Positions 16,574 through 26,840 of a stretch of 64,000 nt of DNA are shown one piece after another; the first letter of the stretch is position 1; each line of letters opens with the position of its first letter. A program made the position numbers and the translations under genes. The notes under the pieces were generated by a model. That model was not told the origin of the DNA, ran no database searches, and saw nothing but the letters and a program-made list of their open reading frames with translations. Source of the stretch: Parcubacteria group bacterium (GTDB lineage Bacteria; Patescibacteriota; Minisyncoccia; Phycocordibacterales; UBA2135); NCBI GenBank assembly GCA_016204045.1, contig JACQLQ010000001.1, positions 106,766 through 170,765 of the forward strand, given 5' to 3'.

Positions 16574-17710
16574 ATGCAAACTGTTGAGGTCAAACCACTC
16601 GATAATTCTGAAGTGGAAATCACCGTAGAGATTGCTACAGAAGAATTTGAAAAGCACCGGGCAAAAGCATTGAAAACGCTTGGTCTACACGTCGAGATTT
16701 CTGGGTTTAGAAAGGGTCATGTACCGGACGATGTGCTCTTGAAGCACGTTGGAGAGGGGACCATCTTAGAGGAGATGGCCGAGCGAACCATTAACGAGTG
16801 GTACCCAAAGATTATTATCGAAAAGAATATACACGCGATTGGTCAACCGTCGATTACGATAACAAAGCTCGCGACTGGCAATCCTCTCGGTTTTAAAGCA
16901 AAGACTGCCGTAGTACCAGAGGTTGCTCTCCCCGACTACAAGCGACTCGGAGAAGATATTCGCAAAGAGCCAACAGAGGCAATCATCGTGACTGATGAGG
17001 AGGTGGAAAAGGCTATTCAGCAGATACAGGAGAACTTTGCGCGGCACGACGCGCACGCACATGACGAAGCCGAGGGGGGCGAAAATGGTCCCATGCTTTT
17101 AGGCGCGGATGGTAAGCCTATAAAAAAAGAGGAAAAGAAACTTCCAGAACTCACGGATGACTGGGTGAAGAAATTGGGGAAGTTTGAGAACGTTCAAGGT
17201 TTCAAAAACAAAATACGCCAGAATCTTGAGGAAGAGAAGCGTGGACGCGAGAAGGAAAAACAGCGCGCCAAACTCGTCGAGAAACTTCTAGAAAAGACGA
17301 GCGCAACCCTCCCGGAAATTTTGATTGGGCACGAACAAGACCGCATGCTCGCCCAGTTCAAGGACCATATTGCGCTCGCGGGAATGCAGCCAGACGAATA
17401 CTTCAAAAAGGCGGGCAAGAGGGAGGTGGACATTAGAGAAGAAATGCACGCGGAAGCACTCAAGCGAGTGAAAACGCAACTTGTGCTCGCCAAAATTGCG
17501 GAGGCAGAGAAACTTGTCGCCGCGAAAGACGACATCGAGAAAGAGGTAACGCGTCTTCGTGAATACTATCAAGGGGCGCCAGAGGAGAACATTCGCTCCT
17601 ACGTCGAGAATATTCTCATCAACGAGAAACTCTTTGAGACGCTGTTGGGGGGTGCGCCCGAAAACGAGGAGCCTTCCCAGGACAATGCAACAAAAAACAC
17701 TGATGCCTAA
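16574..17710 (+). CDS. tig: trigger factor
   Basis: The N-terminal ribosome-binding domain has the GFRKGHVP signature, and the C-terminal chaperone arm is present. Its position upstream of clpP is conserved. Confidence 0.75.
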   Translation: MQTVEVKPLDNSEVEITVEIATEEFEKHRAKALKTLGLHVEISGFRKGHVPDDVLLKHVGEGTILEEMAERTINEWYPKIIIEKNIHAIGQPSITITKLATGNPLGFKAKTAVVPEVALPDYKRLGEDIRKEPTEAIIVTDEEVEKAIQQIQENFARHDAHAHDEAEGGENGPMLLGADGKPIKKEEKKLPELTDDWVKKLGKFENVQGFKNKIRQNLEEEKRGREKEKQRAKLVEKLLEKTSATLPEILIGHEQDRMLAQFKDHIALAGMQPDEYFKKAGKREVDIREEMHAEALKRVKTQLVLAKIAEAEKLVAAKDDIEKEVTRLREYYQGAPEENIRSYVENILINEKLFETLLGGAPENEEPSQDNATKNTDA

Positions 17711-18033
17711 TTGGCAATCAGTGTGTGGCCGTATTCGCGTGCCATCCACCAAATAAGTAGGGCGAAAACAGGCGCGACCGCGACCAATCTTTCGATAGTA
17801 ATGGAGAATACTGGGCTCCCATCACGCACAATCCCGGCTTCGTCGTACTTTATTGGTCCGTTGATAAGGTAATCCCAAAGTTCGTCAGTCATGCCGCTCA
17901 ATTGTACCTGTTCTCGTATGTGGTGGTATCTGCGAATGAGTGCCGCAACAAACATCAGGAGAATACACGCGGCAATGAGTGAAAATAAGAGTACGATTAT
18001 TTGTAACGCCCCAAGGACTTCTGTAAAAAACAT
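17707..18033 (-). CDS. small membrane hypothetical protein
   Basis: Two hydrophobic segments. Convergent with tig, overlapping by 4 nt. Confidence 0.3.
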   Translation of the reverse strand: MFFTEVLGALQIIVLLFSLIAACILLMFVAALIRRYHHIREQVQLSGMTDELWDYLINGPIKYDEAGIVRDGSPVFSITIERLVAVAPVFALLIWWMAREYGHTLIAN

Positions 18034-18143
18034 TGCGACACCTCCGCCTTCTTGCTTGACAGTAGCACATTTTATGATACAGTCAAGTCATTGTAAAACC
18101 CAAATACTACTAAGACCGAAAATACTGTATACTATTTAAACAT

Positions 18144-18740
18144 ATGAGTATCTTAATTCCCACAGTTATAGAAAAGTCCCCGTTTGGGGAGCGTGCTTAT
18201 GACATTTACTCGCGCCTCCTTCGTGAGCGCATCGTCTTTTTGGGCGGGCCCATTGACGATCATGTTGCAAATCTAGTGATAGCCCAACTTCTGTTTCTTG
18301 AGTCGGAAGACCCAAAGAAAGATATTAGTCTCTATATCAACTCACCCGGTGGTTCTGTAACTGCAACGCTCGCCATTCACGACACCATGAAGCACATTAA
18401 GCCCGATGTTGGCACAATGTGCATCGGTATCGCCGCATCGGGTGCCTCTGTCATCCTTTCGTCGGGTGCAAAGGGCAAACGCTACATCTTGCCGAATGCG
18501 GAAGTGATGATTCATCAACCGCTTGGGGGTGCCGAGGGACAGGCCTCCGACATCATCATCACCGCGAAGCACATCCTTAGTGTCAAAGAAAACCTGAACA
18601 AAATACTTGCCGAAAACACGGGTCAACCACTTGAGAGGATAGAAAAAGACGTTGACCGCGACTTCTTCATGACCGCAGATGAAGCAAAGAAGTACGGCAT
18701 CGTTGATGAGATATTAAAACCAAAGAATCACAGAAAATAA
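18144..18740 (+). CDS. clpP: ATP-dependent Clp protease proteolytic subunit
   Basis: [11 protein letters not shown] (catalytic Ser) and MIHQP (His). About 198 aa, typical length. Confidence 0.9.
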   Translation: MSILIPTVIEKSPFGERAYDIYSRLLRERIVFLGGPIDDHVANLVIAQLLFLESEDPKKDISLYINSPGGSVTATLAIHDTMKHIKPDVGTMCIGIAASGASVILSSGAKGKRYILPNAEVMIHQPLGGAEGQASDIIITAKHILSVKENLNKILAENTGQPLERIEKDVDRDFFMTADEAKKYGIVDEILKPKNHRK

Positions 18741-18875
18741 CTAAAAAATCCTCCCAGCGGAGGATTTTTTAGTTATTTACCGGGGGGCTTGCCATTAAGA
18801 ATTTGACATTAACAATTTTCTATTGTAGAGTAGAAACATAGTTCTTCCGGTAGACAAGTACAAGGGGATAACCGA

Positions 18876-19337
18876 ATGGCAGCAGTGTTTGTTCTTTGTG
18901 CACGCAACGGTCCGGGTGGCCTAGAAGTTCTTTTGGGCGAAAAACTCGATGACAGGAAACAAGACCAAGGACTTACGGTTCCAACTGGGCATATCCGGGG
19001 CAAGCAGGAAAGAAAAAGTCGGGTGTTCGCAGCAACGCGCGAGCTTCGTGAAGAAACGGGTATCGCTCTTTCTCACGAAAGATTTCTTGGGTTTCGCATA
19101 AAAGGCGGTGATTACTGGTTTTGGTCCATGCTGACATGCGAAGAACCAAGGCCTGAACCAGAATTCGACCGTTTTGGACGTGCGGTATGGGGACCCGCTC
19201 GATTTTATCCGATACAGGAACTTCCAAAATTACCAATTGCCCGGTGGCACAGAAAGAAGTTGTTGAGAGCCGTGGGGCACCTTTTAGAAGAGGCATCTGT
19301 CGGAGAGATCGCTCAAATAGAGCCGCCCAAAACATGA
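18876..19337 (+). CDS. Nudix hydrolase
   Basis: Nudix box GHIRGKQERKSRVFAATRELREETGI (Gx5Ex7REUxEExGU). Confidence 0.75.
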   Translation: MAAVFVLCARNGPGGLEVLLGEKLDDRKQDQGLTVPTGHIRGKQERKSRVFAATRELREETGIALSHERFLGFRIKGGDYWFWSMLTCEEPRPEPEFDRFGRAVWGPARFYPIQELPKLPIARWHRKKLLRAVGHLLEEASVGEIAQIEPPKT

Positions 19338-19766
19338 GGCGGCTTTTGCTTGTAGGAAAAATACAAAAAACCAACAAAATTGGACAGATTATTTTCTGCG
19401 TGCTACGCTCAAAATATACTGATTGATTGACTTTGGATGAACGATATCTTTAGCTTTTTACCAACAAATTAAGGCGGATAAGCCCTCGCAGTTGCTCAAA
19501 GAACGGCTTTCCGCTTCGTGTCAGTGCTTTCAGAGAACGGTTTTCTCTTGAAACAGAACAGCTTCGAACTCTTGCCTGACGGTTCCTCATGGGAAATTTC
19601 TTCATAGCTTTTCAAAAGACCATTTCCTCTTCGGGGCGAGCACTCGTGGCCCCCAAGCATACGCGCACTCCCGTGCGCGCCTTTCCGTTTTTGTAGTCCT
19701 ACGTGAGAGAAGGACGCTCATAAGCTCGAGAATGCATAGTTCTGAAAGCACTCATACCACATTCGT

Positions 19767-21296
19767 ATGGGTCTGAAATTATTTGTGCTTATTGCAGGTA
19801 GTGCGGGGATCGCCGGCATTCTTGTCGGCTACTTCCTCCGCTGGCTTGTGTCGCTCGGCAAACAAGGCTCAATCGAGCTTCGGGTTAAGCAGATGGAGCT
19901 GGATGCCAAAGAGAACGCAAAAACAGTGATAGCTGAAGCTGAGCGAAAAGTGCTTCAGCTGATGGAAGAACAGAAAAAGGTGGAGCGTGAGAAGACTACG
20001 GACTTCAAAAAAACAGAAGAACGCCTTGTAAAAAAGGAGGATTTTCTCGACAAGCGACAAGGGGACATAGACAAGGAAGCAGAAGCTATAAAAGCAAAAA
20101 TTGAAGAGGTAAAAGCCATCCGAGAGCAAGCATTAGCCCTTGAGGAGACAAAGAAGAAGGAGCTCGGGCGAATAGCGAACCTTTCGGTTGAAGAGGCAAA
20201 GAAAGAACTACTTGGGGTCTTGGAAAAGAACCACCAGGAGGATTTGCTCATTCGCATGCAAAAACTCGAGATCGGTGGCATGGAACAGTTTGAGAAGCGA
20301 GCAAAAGAGATTTTGGCAACGGCGATACACCGTCTCGGGAATGCTGTTCCAAACGAGGTGTTCACAACAAACATCCCAATCCCAAACGATGAAGTAAAGG
20401 GCAAGATTATTGGAAAGGAGGGGCGAAACATTCGTGCTTTTGAACGTGCCGCGGGAGTTGAGCTTATTGTCGACGACACCCCCGGGATGGTCATCATCTC
20501 TTCCTTTGACCCGCTTCGTCGTCAGATAGCTCGTATTGCGCTCGAGAATTTAATCTTGGACGGTAGAATACAGCCAGCGCGCATCGAAGAGATTGTCCAA
20601 AAAGCTCGAGAAGAAATCGGCCGCATTGTAAAGGAGAAGGGGGAGCAGGCGGCATATGAGTGTGGTGTTCACAATATGGACCCTCGGCTTATTGCCATTT
20701 TGGGACGTCTCTATTTCCGAACGAGTTATGGCCAAAACGTCCTTCAGCACTCAACTGAAATGGCGCATATTGCGGGAATGCTTGCCCAGGAACTCGGTGG
20801 AGATGTCGCCATAGCACGAGCGGGTGCATTATTTCACGATATCGGCAAGGCTGTTGACCACGAGGTCGAGGGAACCCATGTGGCGATTGGAAGGAGAATA
20901 CTCCAAAAGTTCGGGGCTGATGAACGAATCATCAAGGCGATGCAGTCACACCATGAAGAGTATCCATACGAAACACTCGAATCAATCATTGTTCAAGTAG
21001 CCGACGCCATTTCCGGCGGACGTCCCGGTGCTCGCCGTGATACAGTCGAAAATTATCTCAAGCGACTCCAGGACCTCGAAGCGATAGCAAACACCTTCCC
21101 AGGCATTGAGCGATCTTTTGCCATTCAAGCCGGACGAGAGATTCGCATTTTCGTCTACCCCGATAAAGTCTCCGATCTTGAGGCGCGCAACATGGCCCGC
21201 GAAATCGCCAAAAAAATCGAACAAGAGCTTAAATATCCCGGTGAAATCAAGGTAACCGTGATCCGCGAGACAAAAGTCATAGAATTTGCCAGATAA
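19767..21296 (+). CDS. rny: ribonuclease Y
   Basis: N-terminal transmembrane helix, coiled coil, KH domain (KGKIIGKEGRNIRAFE) and HD domain (HSTEMAHIAG...HHE). Confidence 0.85.
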   Translation: MGLKLFVLIAGSAGIAGILVGYFLRWLVSLGKQGSIELRVKQMELDAKENAKTVIAEAERKVLQLMEEQKKVEREKTTDFKKTEERLVKKEDFLDKRQGDIDKEAEAIKAKIEEVKAIREQALALEETKKKELGRIANLSVEEAKKELLGVLEKNHQEDLLIRMQKLEIGGMEQFEKRAKEILATAIHRLGNAVPNEVFTTNIPIPNDEVKGKIIGKEGRNIRAFERAAGVELIVDDTPGMVIISSFDPLRRQIARIALENLILDGRIQPARIEEIVQKAREEIGRIVKEKGEQAAYECGVHNMDPRLIAILGRLYFRTSYGQNVLQHSTEMAHIAGMLAQELGGDVAIARAGALFHDIGKAVDHEVEGTHVAIGRRILQKFGADERIIKAMQSHHEEYPYETLESIIVQVADAISGGRPGARRDTVENYLKRLQDLEAIANTFPGIERSFAIQAGREIRIFVYPDKVSDLEARNMAREIAKKIEQELKYPGEIKVTVIRETKVIEFAR

Positions 21297-21418
21297 TCTG
21301 CAACATACTTGTTTTTGTGTCAAAATATCCGTGTGGACACCAAAATGCTTGTTATTATTAGGCCTCCTGGCTATAATTGGGCCAGGTCATATTAAGCGGT
21401 AAGCTTTTATCAATCTAA

Positions 21419-21712
21419 ATGTTTGTTATGGCGCACAAAAACAAAAACACACTTGTCGAAAAGGTTCACGAAGTACTCGGCACCTCAAAGGCAGACGCTG
21501 AGCGAGCAGTTGATGCGGTGATCGACACTATCGTCAACGCGCTTAAGGCGGGAGAAGAGGTGTCTATCGCAGGGTTGGGTATCTTTGTTACCAAGCAGCG
21601 CGCTGCTCGCATGGCAAGAAACCCAAAGACGGGAGCACAGGTACATGTTCCCGCAACACGCGTTCCGAAGTTTAAGCCAGCAAAGGCGCTCAAGGAAGCG
21701 GTGAAGCAGTAA
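21419..21712 (+). CDS. hup: DNA-binding protein HU
   Basis: LGIFVTKQRAARMARNPKTGAQVHVPATRVPKFKPAKALKEAV is the HU/IHF arm and signature. A terminator follows at 21728-21765. Confidence 0.85.
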   Translation: MFVMAHKNKNTLVEKVHEVLGTSKADAERAVDAVIDTIVNALKAGEEVSIAGLGIFVTKQRAARMARNPKTGAQVHVPATRVPKFKPAKALKEAVKQ

Positions 21713-21778
21713 ACTAGAAAGGTAATTAAAAGAAAACACTCGCCTAGGCGAGTGTTTTCTTTTGGATTTGGGACGCTA

Positions 21779-22126
21779 TTACAGATTTCCGAGCTCTGCT
21801 TCGATTTGTTGTAGTTCTGTGTCTAGGCCACCAAGTTCAGTTCCGCTCAAGTCTGCTTCTATGGCGGTTATCTCATCGGACGTACCCTGACTCTCAAGAG
21901 CTTCTTGTACTGGGTCTACTGCGCCGAGGATTGCTTCTTCAGTTGGGGGAGGGGTTAAGGATTCCTGTTCCACCAACTTCTTTCCCCAGAAATAGAGGCC
22001 GCCAAGGACGAGGACAAGGACGACGATAACGATGCCAATGGTTGCCCCTACTCCACCCCGCCTTCCACTCGAGGACGGGACAGGAGTTGGGGTACCGCTT
22101 TGAGGAGTATACATTTCTTCTGCCAT
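21779..22126 (-). CDS. small membrane-anchored hypothetical protein
   Basis: Pro/Ser-rich N-terminus, one transmembrane helix (IGIVIVVLVLVLGGLYFW) and an acidic C-terminus. Confidence 0.4.
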   Translation of the reverse strand: MAEEMYTPQSGTPTPVPSSSGRRGGVGATIGIVIVVLVLVLGGLYFWGKKLVEQESLTPPPTEEAILGAVDPVQEALESQGTSDEITAIEADLSGTELGGLDTELQQIEAELGNL

Positions 22127-22156
22127 GGAAAAGTATTGTTGATTAGTTATTAAAAC

Positions 22157-23176
22157 CTATTCTTCTTCTGTCTCAACTCTGTCATCTGCCTTTAGGGCGC
22201 TAATGGCTTCTATCAATGCTTTGTGCGCCATTTGTATTGCCTCAACGGCTTCCTCTTGTATCCTTTTCTTCAGTTCTCCAAAGAGTTCGCGAGCGGTAGA
22301 ACCCTCTTCTGCAAGAGTGGGAACTTCTTCTCGAAGTGTTTTCAGAATTGTTCTTGCCTTTACTATCGCATCCCTTGCTTCCCCAAGTTTTTCTCGCGCC
22401 TCGCTTACGTCAACACCGCGCTCTGCGAGTTTTTCTGCGCGAGACTCGACGCGGTCGGCGAGTATTGTGAGGCGATCGAGAGCGGCGTCCAAGCGGCGGA
22501 ACATTTTTTCAAAGTATGCCTTAATTGCCGTCCTGCGTTCTTCTTGTAATTGCTCACGCTTTTCAGCACGCTCCTTTTCTTGTTCAAGACGCTTTTCCTC
22601 TTGTTCTGCTCGCTTCTTTTCTTGTTCAATGCGACGTTCGTTCTGGAGTTTCTCTCGTTCCGATTGTTCTTTGCGGAGCTTTTCTACGCGATCAGTTTCG
22701 GCGGCAGCATCGTCAGTCTTGTTTTCTCTGCGGATTACGGGAGTTGGTCCGCGCACCTCGGAGGTCCTGGTCTCTACGGCGTTTACACGTTTGATCTCTG
22801 GTATAGCGCGGACTGGGACTGGCTCTGTCCTTGCTTTTGTTTCCTCCGCCTTCTCTTCGGCGGCATTTTGCATACGCAGAAGAATCGCACGTTTTTCTTC
22901 TGCCGTGACCGACACCTCTGTCCTAACCCCCTCAACACCTTCAATCTGGGCAGATTGACGAGATGCATCAATGGCCGCCTTGGGTTTCTCCACTCGATTA
23001 AAAAGAGAAAATGCTCGTTTCTCTACTGGTTCTTCGGCGCGAACGCTTACTTCTCGAGTTTCTGTTGGGGCGGCGATTGCTGCATTGTCGGTGCCACGCT
23101 CTTGTGCCTCAGTTGTAAGTGGGGAGAGAAGCACAAGGAGGGCCATGGTCGCGATGATACTTTGTGTTGGTCGCAT
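22157..23176 (-). CDS. secreted coiled-coil (Glu/Arg/Lys-rich) hypothetical protein
   Basis: Signal peptide at MRPTQSIIATMALLVLLSPL, followed by a long E/K/R heptad-like region. Confidence 0.45.
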   Translation of the reverse strand: MRPTQSIIATMALLVLLSPLTTEAQERGTDNAAIAAPTETREVSVRAEEPVEKRAFSLFNRVEKPKAAIDASRQSAQIEGVEGVRTEVSVTAEEKRAILLRMQNAAEEKAEETKARTEPVPVRAIPEIKRVNAVETRTSEVRGPTPVIRRENKTDDAAAETDRVEKLRKEQSEREKLQNERRIEQEKKRAEQEEKRLEQEKERAEKREQLQEERRTAIKAYFEKMFRRLDAALDRLTILADRVESRAEKLAERGVDVSEAREKLGEARDAIVKARTILKTLREEVPTLAEEGSTARELFGELKKRIQEEAVEAIQMAHKALIEAISALKADDRVETEEE

Positions 23177-23305
23177 AGATACTAAGTTAGTTAAATAGGT
23201 TACCAATAATGGATAGCATAAGTGTATCGCGGAGCTCTACCAAATTCAATCCCCAGTCGTTTCAGGCGACTGGGGATTGAATTTGGTAGCTATTTCGTTT
23301 TCTCT

Positions 23306-23833
23306 CTATGCAGGAAACTTGTCTTTATAGAGGGCAATTGCTCTTTCAACCACTTTCTTGGCGGCAGTTTTGTCTTGCCACTCTCCTACTTTCACTTCTT
23401 TTCCCTGGAGATCCTTGTAGACAGTAAAGAAATGTTTGATTTCAGCAAGAAGGTGTTGCTCAAGGTCTTTGAGATCAACCGTTTCTTTGAAACGAGGGTC
23501 TTTCGCTGGTACGCTCAACACTTTTGCGTCGTCTTCTCCGCCGTCAACCATGGGGAGCACGCCTATCGGGCGCACCTCAACCAATGCACCAGGAATAATC
23601 TCTTCGTGCGTCATTACCAATACATCAAGAGGATCGCCATCATCCCACAATGTTTTCGGCACAAAGCCGTAGTTTGCGGGGTAGTGCATTGGTGAGTAGA
23701 GGACGCGGTCAAACTTAATCAACCCCGTCTCTTTGTCGAGTTCGTATTTAATGCGCGAAAGCTTCGGGATTTCAATGATGACATTGAGACTATCGGGTGT
23801 GCCTGGTTCAATTGAATGCCACAAATTGCTCAT
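23306..23833 (-). CDS. ppa: inorganic pyrophosphatase (family I)
   Basis: IIEIPK..KYE...DGDPLDVLV...YGFVPKT carries the family I PPase active-site motifs. Confidence 0.85.
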   Translation of the reverse strand: MSNLWHSIEPGTPDSLNVIIEIPKLSRIKYELDKETGLIKFDRVLYSPMHYPANYGFVPKTLWDDGDPLDVLVMTHEEIIPGALVEVRPIGVLPMVDGGEDDAKVLSVPAKDPRFKETVDLKDLEQHLLAEIKHFFTVYKDLQGKEVKVGEWQDKTAAKKVVERAIALYKDKFPA

Positions 23834-23879
23834 ACAATGAGTATATAGTATTTAGTATCTGGTATATAGTATTCCGACC

Positions 23880-25142
23880 TTACTCACTTTTCTCATTAGC
23901 TTTTGACTCCTCCTTCGTTTTCTCCGCATCCACCGTTACATCCCCCGTCTTGAGTTCTTGTTTACCCGTCGACTCCTTAATATCAATTCTCCAGCCCGTA
24001 AGACGTGCAGCCAGTCTCGCGTTTTGACCGCCCTTGCCAATCGCAAGAGAGTATTGGTCCGGGGAGACCATTATTTCTGCACGACGCTCCTCACTTTTTA
24101 GTGTTACATCAATGACATCTGCCGGCGAAAGCGCGCGTGCGATGAACTGTTCTTCTTGGGCCGCCCACTCGATGATATCGATCTTTTCCCCTCCGAGCTC
24201 GTTCATCACGGCGGTGATGCGGACGCCTCGTTGTCCGACACACGAACCGACTGGGTCTATGTGTTCATCATTTGAGGCGACAGCAACCTTGGAACGGCTC
24301 CCTGGTTCGCGAACGATACCCTTAATCTCCACTGCGCCGTTTGCGATTTCGGGGACTTCAATTTCCATTAGCTTGTGGAGAAAGCGAGGGTGCGACCGCG
24401 AAAGGCGGAGAGTAATCTCTCGTGCCCCCTCCTCGATGTCGTAAAGATATGCGCGGATCCGGTCTCCTTGGCGGAAGTACTCACCCGGGATTTGCTCATC
24501 TCGTGGCAAAACACCAGTTGTTCTTCCCAGGTCAACAAAGATGGTCCCACGCTCAATGCGTTGCACGGTCCCGTTCACAACCTCCCCGCGTCGCTTGCCG
24601 TATTCTTCAAATGCAGATGTTCGCTCTGCTTCTCTGATGCGTTGGATAATCACTTGTTTTGCAGTTTGCGCGGCGATGCGGCCGTAGTCGTCCTTGCTCT
24701 CAAGGGGGAAGATGATCTCATCTCCGATCTCCGCGTCCTTCTTCATTCTGCGCGCTTCCTCGGGGAAAAGGTGCTGTTCTGGATTGTAGCGAATTTTTGT
24801 CTCTTCTTCTGCTTCCACACCCTCGCCCGCAACCTTCGTTTCATCAAGCACTCGTCCGCGCCTTTCTGGTGTCTGCGGAAACACATCAATCTCTTCTTCT
24901 CCTTCTTCAGGCATGCGCACCTGTTCTTCGTCCACAACAGTCTTCACCTGTGAAAATTCTATAGAACCCGTGTCGGAATCAAAACGGGCACGAATAACTT
25001 GCCCACGTTTTCCGTAGTCTTTTTTGTATGCGGCGGCAAGGGCATCTTCGATTGCCGCAATAATCTTTTCTCGTGGGATACCGCGCTCTCCCTGGAGTTG
25101 GTCAAGAGCAACGTTTAACGCCTTCAAGTCAAGCATGGCCAT
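23880..25142 (-). CDS. nusA: transcription termination/antitermination factor NusA
   Basis: N-terminal NusA domain, S1 and two KH domains, acidic C-terminal tail. Confidence 0.8.
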   Translation of the reverse strand: MAMLDLKALNVALDQLQGERGIPREKIIAAIEDALAAAYKKDYGKRGQVIRARFDSDTGSIEFSQVKTVVDEEQVRMPEEGEEEIDVFPQTPERRGRVLDETKVAGEGVEAEEETKIRYNPEQHLFPEEARRMKKDAEIGDEIIFPLESKDDYGRIAAQTAKQVIIQRIREAERTSAFEEYGKRRGEVVNGTVQRIERGTIFVDLGRTTGVLPRDEQIPGEYFRQGDRIRAYLYDIEEGAREITLRLSRSHPRFLHKLMEIEVPEIANGAVEIKGIVREPGSRSKVAVASNDEHIDPVGSCVGQRGVRITAVMNELGGEKIDIIEWAAQEEQFIARALSPADVIDVTLKSEERRAEIMVSPDQYSLAIGKGGQNARLAARLTGWRIDIKESTGKQELKTGDVTVDAEKTKEESKANEKSE

Positions 25143-25338
25143 AAAAATGAAACAATGATTATTAAATGAGTCCGCTTTTGGGCGGACATAGAGTATTTTT
25201 CAAGTATACCAGATACCAACCCAGTTTGTCAACAGGTTGGGTTATGCACACATTTGTTTTTAAGTATATTTCGTTCTGCGATATAATAATGATATCTCCT
25301 TTTCTCTATAGTTATTCCCTATCCCAATCCCCAACTTT

Positions 25339-25614
25339 ATGCAGCACCCCTTCGCACTCAATGAAGATGGACGAAGAAACATAGTTGCTTGGCTCATCCT
25401 TCTTGTCGTGCTCATTGTTGTCGCGTGGTATACACTCATCCGTGATAGTGTCCCTCTTCCCATCGAGACTGGCACGCTCTTTACCAAAGATGAGAAACTT
25501 CACGTTCTTCAAGCGATTTCAGAGAGGAGTCAGGACAACGGTCTTACGCGCGCTGACAAGCAAGCAATCCTCGAAAGCATCGCGCGGGACAAGGAGCGCA
25601 CTGCGCAAGAGTAG
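25339..25614 (+). CDS. small membrane-anchored hypothetical protein
   Basis: One transmembrane helix (IVAWLILLVVLIVVAWY). Confidence 0.35.
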   Translation: MQHPFALNEDGRRNIVAWLILLVVLIVVAWYTLIRDSVPLPIETGTLFTKDEKLHVLQAISERSQDNGLTRADKQAILESIARDKERTAQE

Positions 25615-25644
25615 GACTCTACGCACTAGAACTGCCTCTATCAT

Positions 25645-26772
25645 ATGCCCAAGACAATCTCATTCTTTATCCTTGCCCTCTTAGTAATCAGCGCAGTCGC
25701 CTTTTTGGGGGGTGCTGATACTACAAACGCTCAATCGGGCAGTATCCCGCTTAATGGGTGGGCGTGGAGCTCCAATGTCGGGTGGGTTAGTTTTAATTGC
25801 GCCACGACAGGCACATGTTCAGGTGTGAACTATGGAGTGACCGTGGATTCAAATAACGGTCAGTTTTCAGGATATGCGTGGAGTCCTACCATTGGGTGGA
25901 TTAGTTTTCGCGGGAGCGATACAACAGGCTGTCCAGCGTCTTCTTGTCAGGCAACACTCACAAACGGCGTAGTTTCTGGTTGGGCAAAAGCGCTTGCGGG
26001 GTCTGTTTCAAACGATGACTGGGATGGATGGATCAGGCTTGCCGGGTCAAATTACGGAGTAACATTAAGCGGTAGCAACTTTAGTGGATATGCATGGGGT
26101 GACGATGTTGTGGGTTGGATGAAATGGAACCCAGTCACCTACGGGGGTGTTACTTTGGCAGCAAATCCACCCACAGTGACTATGAGCGGCGATCCTCTTT
26201 CGGTGCCCGCCGGTGATACTGCGACATTGACGTGGAGTTCCACAAACGCAAATGCGTGTACGGGTACCGTGGGTACGGCTGATTGGCTTGGCGCTAAAGC
26301 GCTCTCAGGGTCTGAAGTCGTTGGCCCCGTTGATCAGACAACCACGTATACGATTGAGTGTACAGGGCTTGCAGGAAGTGATTCAAAAAGCGTCGTTATC
26401 AATGTACTTCCACCGGATTTTGCACTCACCCACACCAATGACCCAGTCCTTAATTTTGTGGGTGCCGGTAGTGATACCTCCAACCCGACGAGAATTAGGG
26501 TGACGGCACTCTATGGGTTTAGCGGTGACGTAGCACTCTCCGCATCGCCGAGTTCACTTGATGGTGAAAGTGCTACCTACACATTTGGTGATGCCACACT
26601 TTCCTCAAGTGAATACAATGCCGGTTCGTCCTTGACCATCACCCTCAATAACCCAATTTCAGAAGGAATATACACCATTACTGTTCGAGGAGAGGCGGCT
26701 GGGGGGCTTGTCCGAACAGTGAGTATCCCCGTGGAGGTCAATGTGTTTACGCCGGGCTTTGAAGAAATCTGA
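25645..26772 (+). CDS. secreted repeat protein with C-terminal Ig-like domain and PGFEEI tail
   Basis: Signal peptide. Three ~45-aa repeats of the form G(Y/W)AWS..(V/I)GW(V/I)SF. An Ig-like TLTWSSTNANACTG...TYTIECTG domain. The extreme C-terminus is FTPGFEEI-stop. Confidence 0.55.
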   Translation: MPKTISFFILALLVISAVAFLGGADTTNAQSGSIPLNGWAWSSNVGWVSFNCATTGTCSGVNYGVTVDSNNGQFSGYAWSPTIGWISFRGSDTTGCPASSCQATLTNGVVSGWAKALAGSVSNDDWDGWIRLAGSNYGVTLSGSNFSGYAWGDDVVGWMKWNPVTYGGVTLAANPPTVTMSGDPLSVPAGDTATLTWSSTNANACTGTVGTADWLGAKALSGSEVVGPVDQTTTYTIECTGLAGSDSKSVVINVLPPDFALTHTNDPVLNFVGAGSDTSNPTRIRVTALYGFSGDVALSASPSSLDGESATYTFGDATLSSSEYNAGSSLTITLNNPISEGIYTITVRGEAAGGLVRTVSIPVEVNVFTPGFEEI

Positions 26773-26840
26773 GTTTTCTACGTAACGTTAAAGTTTTTAA
26801 AAATTAATTTCTAATCGCTAACAGCTAATAGTTCAATACT

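Noticed and set aside
19440-19760. Possible RNase P RNA or tmRNA in the long gap before rny
   Set aside because: The P4/CR-I (GGAAAGUCCGGGCUCC) and CR-IV/V blocks are not convincingly present. There is no tmRNA tRNA-like 3' end. Kept only as a low-interest finding.
19955-20497. 180-aa minus-strand ORF and the 22203-22958 plus-strand ORF
   Set aside because: Both are Ser/Phe-rich antisense shadows of rny and of the coiled-coil protein gene respectively.
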